From Angustibacter luteus (lineage in GTDB: Bacteria > Actinomycetota > Actinomycetes > Actinomycetales > Angustibacteraceae): a DNA stretch of 31,876 nt. Under the pieces are notes generated by a model. That model was not told the DNA's origin. It searched no databases and worked only from the letters and a program-made list of their open reading frames with translations. The stretch lies in NCBI RefSeq assembly GCF_039541115.1, contig NZ_BAABFP010000005.1, positions 992,001 to 1,023,876 on the forward strand. The letters run 5' to 3'. This document shows, in pieces, positions 25,600 through 31,876 of the stretch; position 1 is the stretch's first letter; the number at the start of each line of letters is the position of its first letter. The translations under genes were made by a program, and so were the position numbers.

Positions 25600-26385
25600 T
25601 CAGGGGGCGCGGACCGGTGACTCCAGCTGACGACGCAGGACGCCGGCCGCCTCGACGAGGCTCGGCCCGTACCAGGTCAGGTGCCGCCCGCTGACCAGCA
25701 CGCAGTCCTTGCCGGCGAACGCCTCCGGCCCGTCATCGACGCCGAACGCGTAGGGCTCGTCGGGCAGCACCACCAGGTCGTGCGACGTGAGCTCGCCGGG
25801 CACGAACCGCGGGTACCGTTCGGCGGAGTCCGCCAGCACGTTGTCGACGCCGAGCCGGCGCAGCACGTCCCCGGCAAAGGTGTCCGCCCCCAGCGCCATC
25901 CACGGACGGCGCCAGATCGGGACGACGGCCGCCCGCCGCGGCCGCTCCTGCCCCGTCGTCAGCACATCCACGGCGTCCCACGCCTCGCGGGCCGCCAAGA
26001 GCCAGCCCGGATCCCCCACCCCGCAGACGCGGAGCATCTGGTTCAGTGACCCGAACGCCTCGTCCAGCGTGCGCACCCGGGTGTTCCAGACCGGCACCCC
26101 CGCCGAGCGCAGCGCGTCCAGGTCGACGGCACGGTTCTCCTCCTCGTTCGCCAGCACCAGGTCGGGACCTAGCGCGACCACGGCCTCGACGTCCGGGTTC
26201 TTCGTGCCCCCGATGCGCGCGACGTCCAGACCGGTCGGGTGCGTGCACCACGCGGTGGCGCCGACCACGAGACCGGGCGCGCTCACCTCCACCGCCTCCG
26301 TCAACGACGGCACGAGCGAGACCACACGGCGGACCGTCGCCGGCAACCGGGCCGCCACCCCTGTGTCGTCCCTCACCTCGACCAC
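25600..26385 (-). CDS. helical-backbone metal receptor (BtuF-like), no signal peptide
   Basis: RRVVSLVPSLTE, GGTKNPD, PDLVLANEEEN, PIWRRPWM, LPDEPY, LTWYGPS; start at GTG 26385. Confidence 0.85.
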   Translation of the reverse strand: MVEVRDDTGVAARLPATVRRVVSLVPSLTEAVEVSAPGLVVGATAWCTHPTGLDVARIGGTKNPDVEAVVALGPDLVLANEEENRAVDLDALRSAGVPVWNTRVRTLDEAFGSLNQMLRVCGVGDPGWLLAAREAWDAVDVLTTGQERPRRAAVVPIWRRPWMALGADTFAGDVLRRLGVDNVLADSAERYPRFVPGELTSHDLVVLPDEPYAFGVDDGPEAFAGKDCVLVSGRHLTWYGPSLVEAAGVLRRQLESPVRAP

Positions 26386-26418
26386 CGCTCGATCCTGCCA
26401 GGCACTAGCGTCGAAGCC

Positions 26419-27420
26419 ATGAGCGCCTTGACCGTCGGATACGCCGCGATGCTGGAGCAGTTCCACCCCACCGAGGCGGTCGCGTTGACCGCGCTGGCCG
26501 AGCAGCACGGGTTCTCCGGCTGCATGGCGGCCGACCACTTCCAGCCGTGGGTGCCGCAGCAGGGCCAGGCCAGCTTCGTGTGGAACGTGCTGACAGCGGT
26601 CGGCGAGCGCACCGAGGGCGACCTCGGGCCCGGCGTGACCTGCCCGAGCTTCCGGTTCCACCCGGCGATCGTGGCGCAGGCTGCGGCGACCCTGGAGGCG
26701 ATGTATCCGGGCCGCACCTGGCTGGGCCTGGGGACCGGCGAGGCGCTGAACGAGCACGTCGTGCCCGGCTACTGGCCCGAGGCCGGCGAGCGCAGCCTGA
26801 AGATGTGGGAGGCGATCGAGCTCATCAACAAGCTGTTCACGGCGAGCCTGGAGGGCAAGGAGGTCAAGCACGACGGGCGCTTCTTCAAGATGGAGACGAC
26901 CCGGCTGTGGACCATGCCCGAGCAGGCGCCGCCGATCCTGGTGGCCACCGCCGGCCCGATCAACGCGAAGAAGACCGGCAAGTTCGCCGACGGCATGATC
27001 ACCGTGGGCGCCCCGCTGGAGAAGATCGAGGGCCTCTTCGGCCGGTTCGCCGACGGCGCCAAGGAGGCGGGCAAGGACCCGGAGACGATGCCCAAGATCC
27101 TGCAGCTGCACCTGTCCTGGGCGGACACCGACGAGCAGGCCCTCGAGAACGCGATGACCGAGTGGCCGAACGGCGGCATGAAGTTCGGCAAGGCCGACAT
27201 CCGCAGCCCGCACGACTTCGCGGCGATGGCCAAGCTGGTGCGCCCCGAGGACTTCGAGGGCCGGATGGTCATCTCGAGCGACCCGGACGTGCACCGGGCC
27301 GAGATCCAGAAGTACGTCGATCTCGGGTTCGACCGGGTGTACCTGCACAACGTCGGACGCAACCAGGAGGACTGGATCCGGGTCTTCGGCGAGCAGGTGC
27401 TGCCGGCGCTCAGCCGCTGA
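26419..27420 (+). CDS. F420-dependent LLM oxidoreductase (G6PDH-like family)
   Basis: GYAAMLEQFHP, DHFQPW, GVTCPSFRFHPAIVAQ, GLGTGEALNEH; start at ATG 26419. Confidence 0.9.
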   Translation: MSALTVGYAAMLEQFHPTEAVALTALAEQHGFSGCMAADHFQPWVPQQGQASFVWNVLTAVGERTEGDLGPGVTCPSFRFHPAIVAQAAATLEAMYPGRTWLGLGTGEALNEHVVPGYWPEAGERSLKMWEAIELINKLFTASLEGKEVKHDGRFFKMETTRLWTMPEQAPPILVATAGPINAKKTGKFADGMITVGAPLEKIEGLFGRFADGAKEAGKDPETMPKILQLHLSWADTDEQALENAMTEWPNGGMKFGKADIRSPHDFAAMAKLVRPEDFEGRMVISSDPDVHRAEIQKYVDLGFDRVYLHNVGRNQEDWIRVFGEQVLPALSR

Positions 27421-27467
27421 GCCGTTCCCCGCGCGACGCGGACGTCCGGGATGAGAGGATCCGCGTC

Positions 27468-28172
27468 ATGGACACCGAGCGGGTTGCGGCACTGCGTGAC
27501 GCCCTGTCGCACACCAGCTGGTGGTCGCGGGCGCGCACCCTGGGACAGGTGGTGCGCAGCACGCCCGGGCCGGGGCACCTGCTGCTCGTCGGCACACCGC
27601 AGGTGGAGCCGTGGCACCTGGCCGCTCACCTGGACGACGAGGCCCGGCTGAACGTGTTGCCGCAGGTCGCGCCCCTGCTGGTGCGGTGGGCGCCGCCGCA
27701 GCAGGCACCGGACCACCTCAAGATCGGGCTGAGCCGGCTCGAGCAGGTCGGCCGCGGCGAGACGGTCTTCGTCGTCGCCCCCGACGCCGCTCCGGCCTCC
27801 CTGCTCGAACGGGTGGACGACGCGCGCCGGGTCGGTGCGACCGTGCTGAGCCTGGACGCGGGCGACGACGAGCTGGGCGCCCTCGCGCACGAACGGATGA
27901 CGGTCAGTCCCACCGGGCTGGTGCTGCCGGACGGGCTGCTCCTGCCGCAGCCCGCGGGACCGGCCGAGGTGGCCCAGCGCGGTGGCGCCGGACTGGCACC
28001 CGAGGTGCTGGCCGGGCTGGAGCTGCCGGCCAGCTTCGAGCTCGCGCAGCACTTCGTCAGCGCCGCCTCGGGGTTGCCGGACGTGGGCTCGCGGCCGGGG
28101 TGGCGCGAGCGACTGGGGCAGCTGATCGACCTGATCAGCGGCCCTTCACCGCGCCAGCAGCACCGCGCCTGA
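27468..28172 (+). CDS. conserved hypothetical protein (possible SIS-like fold)
   Basis: LLLVGTPQVEPWHLAAHLDDEA, LLERVDDARRVGATVLSLD; ATG 27468; 3' part of the 26547..28172 ORF. Confidence 0.75.
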   Translation: MDTERVAALRDALSHTSWWSRARTLGQVVRSTPGPGHLLLVGTPQVEPWHLAAHLDDEARLNVLPQVAPLLVRWAPPQQAPDHLKIGLSRLEQVGRGETVFVVAPDAAPASLLERVDDARRVGATVLSLDAGDDELGALAHERMTVSPTGLVLPDGLLLPQPAGPAEVAQRGGAGLAPEVLAGLELPASFELAQHFVSAASGLPDVGSRPGWRERLGQLIDLISGPSPRQQHRA

Positions 28173-28190
28173 GCGCGACGGGCGCTCAGG

Positions 28191-28373
28191 TCAGTCCTCG
28201 CCCTCCCACTCGCGGTCCTCCTTGTCCCACTGCTCGGTGCGCTCGTGGGCGGTCTGGACCGCACGCTCGGCCTCGTCGCGCGAGCCGTAGGGTCCGAGCA
28301 GGTCCTTGCTCTGGCTCTTGTCGGCCAGCTCCTCGACCTGGTTGGTGCGCGTGTTGTAGTAGAAGGAGCCCAT
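28191..28373 (-). CDS. small conserved protein divergent from map (60 aa)
   Basis: MGSFYYNTRTNQVEE...LLGPYGSRDEAERA...EQWDKED; CAGGAT -10 7 nt before ATG. Confidence 0.8.
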   Translation of the reverse strand: MGSFYYNTRTNQVEELADKSQSKDLLGPYGSRDEAERAVQTAHERTEQWDKEDREWEGED

Positions 28374-28450
28374 GGGCGCCATCCTGCCGCGTCGGGGTGC
28401 CGGACGCACGTCGGTGAGCGGCTCGGCGCGGGACTCCTAGACTGCTGGGC

Positions 28451-29323
28451 ATGTCCACCCTGCTGAGTGTCGAGCCGGGCACGATCTCACCGCGTCGTGC
28501 GGTGCCGTCGTCCATCCCCCGTCCCGAGTACGTCGACCAGCCGGGGCCGCAGCCCTACGACGGCCCGGAGGTCAAGAGCCCCGAGATCATCGAGCGGATG
28601 CGCGTGGCGGGACGTCTGGCGGCGCAGGCGATGGCGGCCGCGGCCGAGGCGATCGCGCCGGGCGTCACCACCGACGAGATCGACCGGGTCGGTCACGAGT
28701 TCCTGCTCGACCACGGGGCCTATCCCTCGACACTCGGCTACCGCGGCTTCCCCAAGTCGTTGTGCACCAGCGTGAACGAGGTGGTCTGCCACGGCATCCC
28801 GGACGATCGACCGCTGGTCGACGGCGACATCGTGAACATCGACATCACCGCCTTCGTGACGATCGACGGGATCGGGGTCCACGGGGACACCGACGCCACC
28901 TACGTCGTCGGCGAGGTCGACGAGGAGTCGCGGCTGCTCGTCGAGCGCACGCACGAGGCGATGATGCGGGCCATCAAGGCGGTGCGCCCCGGGCGCGAGC
29001 TCAACGTGATCGGCCGGGTCATCGAGTCCTACGCCAAGCGGTTCGGCTACGGCGTGATCCGGGACTTCACCGGGCACGGCATCGGGACGGCGTTCCACTC
29101 CGGCCTCGTGGTCCCGCACTACGACGCGGCGCCCCGGTACGCCGAGGTGATGGAGCCCGGCATGACGTTCACCATCGAGCCCATGCTCAACCTCGGCACG
29201 CACGAGTGGGAGATGTGGGACGACGGCTGGACCGTCGTGACCCGGGACCGCCGCCGTTCGGCGCAGTTCGAGCACACCTTGCTGGTCACCGAGACCGGCG
29301 CCGAGATCCTGACCCTGCCCTAG
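28451..29323 (+). CDS. map: type I methionine aminopeptidase
   Basis: [40 protein letters not shown]. Confidence 0.97.
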   Translation: MSTLLSVEPGTISPRRAVPSSIPRPEYVDQPGPQPYDGPEVKSPEIIERMRVAGRLAAQAMAAAAEAIAPGVTTDEIDRVGHEFLLDHGAYPSTLGYRGFPKSLCTSVNEVVCHGIPDDRPLVDGDIVNIDITAFVTIDGIGVHGDTDATYVVGEVDEESRLLVERTHEAMMRAIKAVRPGRELNVIGRVIESYAKRFGYGVIRDFTGHGIGTAFHSGLVVPHYDAAPRYAEVMEPGMTFTIEPMLNLGTHEWEMWDDGWTVVTRDRRRSAQFEHTLLVTETGAEILTLP

Positions 29324-29357
29324 TCCGTCCACCGTTCCGCCGAGCTGGAGGTCAACG

Positions 29358-29396
29358 ATGACCAAGCCCGTCCGTCCCACCGCGGCCACCGCATGA
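29358..29396 (+). other. 12-codon upstream ORF ([12 protein letters not shown]) overlapping the ppgK start
   Basis: GGAGG RBS 6 nt before ATG 29358; its TGA overlaps the ppgK ATG (ATGA). Confidence 0.45.
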
Positions 29397-30154
29397 GCCA
29401 CCACGCCGCGCTCGGCATCGACGTCGGTGGGTCCGGCATCAAGGGTGCTCCGGTCGACCTGCACACCGGTGAGCTGATGGCCGACCGGCTGCGGATCGAG
29501 ACGCCGCAGCCGGCCACGCCCCAGGCCGTGGCCGAGGTGGTGGGTGAGATCGCCCAGCACTTCGCGAAGCACCTCGGGGACGGCCCCGTGGGCGTCACCG
29601 TCCCCGGCGTGGTGACCCTGGGCGTGGTGCGCAGCGCCGCGAACATCGACACCACCTGGATCGGCACCGACGCCGACACGCTGATCGGGCAGCACGTCGG
29701 ACGCAGCGTGCACGTGGTCAACGACGCCGACGCCGCCGGGGTGGCCGAGGCCCGCTTCGGGGCGGCCCGGGACCAGCGCGGGCTGGTGCTCGTGACCACG
29801 CTGGGTACCGGGATCGGCACCGCACTGCTGCTGGACGGCAAGCTGGTGCCGAACAGCGAGCTCGGTCACCTGGAGATCGACGGCCACGACGCGGAGTCGA
29901 GGGCGGCGTCGTCCGCGCGGGAGAACGAGGACCTCAGCTGGGAGGAGTGGGCGGCGCGCCTGCAGCGGTACTACGGCGTCGTCGAGGACCTGCTCTGGCC
30001 GTCCCTGATCGTGGTCGGCGGCGGGGTCAGCAAGAAGGCGGACAAGTTCCTCCCGCTGCTGCACCTGCGCGCGCCCGTCGTGCCGGCGGCACTGCGGAAC
30101 GAGGCCGGGATCGTCGGCGCCGCGCTGCTCGCCGCCGACGAGCAGCAGGCCTAA
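29393..30154 (+). CDS. ppgK: polyphosphate glucokinase (ROK family)
   Basis: [51 protein letters not shown]. Confidence 0.93.
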   Translation: MSHHAALGIDVGGSGIKGAPVDLHTGELMADRLRIETPQPATPQAVAEVVGEIAQHFAKHLGDGPVGVTVPGVVTLGVVRSAANIDTTWIGTDADTLIGQHVGRSVHVVNDADAAGVAEARFGAARDQRGLVLVTTLGTGIGTALLLDGKLVPNSELGHLEIDGHDAESRAASSARENEDLSWEEWAARLQRYYGVVEDLLWPSLIVVGGGVSKKADKFLPLLHLRAPVVPAALRNEAGIVGAALLAADEQQA

Positions 30155-30327
30155 CGGGCTCGCGCCACCGCCATGACCTTCTTGGGCACCTTCGGCATGA
30201 CCAGGAACACGCGACGGCTCTCCCGGTCGGCGTAGCCCAGGTCGGCCAGCCGCTTCAGGGTGACCGGGCACTTCTTGCAGCGCGGCTTGTCACGGCAGCA
30301 CTTCTTCTTCGCTTTGACCGTGGGCAC
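30151..30327 (-). CDS. 58-aa basic Cys-rich microprotein (CC-x5-CxxCP)
   Basis: Hand translation [58 protein letters not shown]; strong GC3 bias; stop overlaps the ppgK stop; TATTGT -10 6 nt before GTG. Confidence 0.82.
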   Translation of the reverse strand: MPTVKAKKKCCRDKPRCKKCPVTLKRLADLGYADRESRRVFLVMPKVPKKVMAVARAR

Positions 30328-30336
30328 CTGGCGACA

Positions 30337-30355
30337 ATAGGTAAGGCTTACCTAT
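30337..30355. promoter_or_regulatory. IdeR/DtxR/DmdR iron box
   Basis: ATAGGTAAGGCTTACCTAT, 17/19 match to TWAGGTWAGSCTWACCTWA; covers the spacer and part of the -10 of a TAGACA-18-TATTGT minus-strand promoter. Confidence 0.85.
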
Positions 30356-30372
30356 TCTGTCTAGTCGAGCGG

Positions 30373-30819
30373 TCAGGCCGCCTGCTCCTGCCCAGCCAGC
30401 CGGACGGCCAACCTCGCCAGCTCGGCGTCGTCGAGCATGGCCAGACGGGTGCGCACCACGTCCGGCGTGACGTCCAGCTGCTCGCACACCGCGTCGACGT
30501 CGTCCGGGTGGGCGACGAGCGCGTCGAGCAGGCACCCCAGGGACACCAGCCGCGCGGCCGCCCAGCGGTCAGCCGCCGCCTCGATGCGGCCGGCCAGCCA
30601 GGCGTCGTCCCCGTAGTCGTGGCAGGCCTCGTGCCCGAGGGCCACGTGCCCGAGCTCGTGCGCGAGGACGCAGCGGGTCTGGCGCTGGTCCAGGCGCTCG
30701 TCCACCAGGATCATCCGCTCGTCGGGGCACCACCAGCCCGCTCCCTCGGACAGGTGGCACCGGTGGACCCAGATGTCCGGATGGCGCAGCCGCAGCTCGG
30801 CCCAGGCCGACCAGCTCAC
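30373..30819 (-). CDS. ImmA/IrrE family Zn metallopeptidase
   Basis: RCVLAHELGHV (HExxH), IEAAADRWAA, C-terminal HTH-like CEQLDVTPDVVRTRL; GAGGTG RBS. Confidence 0.9.
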   Translation of the reverse strand: MSWSAWAELRLRHPDIWVHRCHLSEGAGWWCPDERMILVDERLDQRQTRCVLAHELGHVALGHEACHDYGDDAWLAGRIEAAADRWAAARLVSLGCLLDALVAHPDDVDAVCEQLDVTPDVVRTRLAMLDDAELARLAVRLAGQEQAA

Positions 30820-30849
30820 TGATCACCTCGCATGCGCCCGCCCCTGCCC

Positions 30850-31332
30850 TCAGCGCAGGGGGTCCTGCCCCTTGCGCACCCGCCGTGCCGTCGCGCCGGC
30901 CTGCCGCGAACCGGTCTGCGTCCCGCCCGACCGGCCGCCGCCCTTGGCCACGGGACGCAGTGACTCGATGGCGGTCCGGTCCTGACCCGCCGCACCCAGG
31001 ATGGCGTCGACCACCGACAGCACCGCGGCGCGCTCGGCCTTCGTCAAGGTCTCGGCGCGCTTGGGCAGGACGAACGGTCCGAGTGGGATGCGCTGGCCGG
31101 CAACCTCCAGGACGGTCGTCAACGGGACGTCGAGGGCCAGCGCCAGCCCCTCCGCGACCTCCGCCGAGATGGCCCCGGAGTGCTGCCCGAGCTTGAGCAG
31201 CCGCAAGGTCTCGTACGACACCTTGCCCTCCGAACGGGCGGCCGCCCGTCGGGTCGGCATCGGCCCTCGGTGGTCACCGAGCTCACGCAGCCTCCGCTCC
31301 ACGAGCTGCTGCAGGTCCCCCACGCGCTTCAC
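30850..31332 (-). CDS. phage-like XRE-type immunity repressor
   Basis: Degenerate HTH (RRAAARSEGKVSYETLRLL...EGLALALDVP) and C-terminal GPFVLPKRAETLTKAERAAVLSVV; lies between ImmA and a divergent Cro. Start uncertain (GTG 31323, 31332 or 31338). Confidence 0.72.
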   Translation of the reverse strand: MKRVGDLQQLVERRLRELGDHRGPMPTRRAAARSEGKVSYETLRLLKLGQHSGAISAEVAEGLALALDVPLTTVLEVAGQRIPLGPFVLPKRAETLTKAERAAVLSVVDAILGAAGQDRTAIESLRPVAKGGGRSGGTQTGSRQAGATARRVRKGQDPLR

Positions 31333-31479
31333 CGTCACCCCTTTCTGGTGCCGCCACGGGCGGGCAGGCACTCGCACCAGCTGATGGCCGGCGACACGAC
31401 ACGCCGGTGGCCTGACAACCAGAACGCGCATCGGGCGCGAAACGGACTGCCTGACCTGGGCCGAATCATCGGGGCCAGC

Positions 31480-31494
31480 TTGTCAGCCTGACAA
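31480..31494. promoter_or_regulatory. candidate repressor operator
   Basis: Perfect palindrome TTGTCAG-C-CTGACAA; extra half-sites CTGACAA (31412-31418) and TTGTCAG (31521-31527). Confidence 0.7.
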
Positions 31495-31583
31495 CTATTC
31501 TGCACTGTCCAGCGTGACGTTTGTCAGCAGTGGGGCAAAACGGGCACAATGCACGGGTGGGGACCACGAGGACAGGGGGCGGT

Positions 31584-31814
31584 ATGCAGGTCAAGGAAGG
31601 TGCGGCGATCCGACGCCGGCGGCAGCGGTTGGGGCTCAGCCAGCGAGACCTGGCGTACCTGTGCCGCCCGTGCTCGCAGACCACGATCTACCTGCTCGAG
31701 ACCGGACGCATGGCAACCCTGAGCAGCGGGCTGGCACTGCGGATCGCCAAGCGGCTGGACGTCGAGGTCGAGGTCCTGTTCGACGAGCGACCGGCCCGGG
31801 TCGGCGCGCGCTAG
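31584..31814 (+). CDS. Cro/XRE-family HTH regulator
   Basis: IRRRRQRLGLSQRDLA...SQTTIYLLETG...IAKRLDVEVEVLF; ATG 31584 after AGGGGG. Confidence 0.88.
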   Translation: MQVKEGAAIRRRRQRLGLSQRDLAYLCRPCSQTTIYLLETGRMATLSSGLALRIAKRLDVEVEVLFDERPARVGAR

Positions 31815-31876
31815 CTGTACTGACCACGGACGTTGGTGACGATTCGGGGCTGGACGTGACGAGGACCTCCGAGTGA

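Noticed and set aside
26386..26418. Cobalamin riboswitch upstream of the BtuF-like gene
   Set aside because: The intergenic gap is only 33 bp and the gene appears leaderless.
30336..30356. AT-rich palindrome as the immA terminator or a phage att/operator site
   Set aside because: A 1-nt centre and AT-rich arms make a poor terminator; it fits the IdeR consensus, overlaps a promoter, and differs from the TTGTCAG operator. A dual role is not excluded.
30373..31876. Complete prophage or ICE call
   Set aside because: No integrase, structural, replication or transfer genes, or att repeats are visible within the window.

Overview
High-GC actinobacterial chromosomal segment. The backbone is the conserved lipB-lipA-DUF4191-RDD-glnA1 ... 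glnE-glnA2-nadE-panB ... map-ppgK neighbourhood. About 11 kb of accessory genes lie between glnA1 and glnE: ABM monooxygenase, SAM methyltransferase, Tat-lipoprotein intradiol dioxygenase-like protein, membrane KAP-type P-loop NTPase, LLM oxidoreductase, GGDEF-EAL plus GNAT pair, DUF1810 and an MFS. An orphan MycE/TylE-like sugar O-methyltransferase separates glnE from glnA2. The right end carries a phage/ICE-like ImmA protease - repressor - divergent Cro switch with a palindromic operator but no adjacent integrase. Features absent from the ORF track include a 58-aa Cys-rich microprotein (CC-x5-CxxCP) under a near-consensus IdeR/DtxR iron box, a 52-aa membrane microprotein converging on lipB, and a 12-codon uORF coupled to ppgK. 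Non-coding signals include GlnR boxes, a three-copy REP-like palindrome family, a possible RBS-sequestering leader before the c-di-GMP gene, and many apparent leaderless promoters. No rRNA, tRNA, CRISPR array, transposase or integrase was seen. All family assignments are by eye from motifs and synteny, not from database searches.
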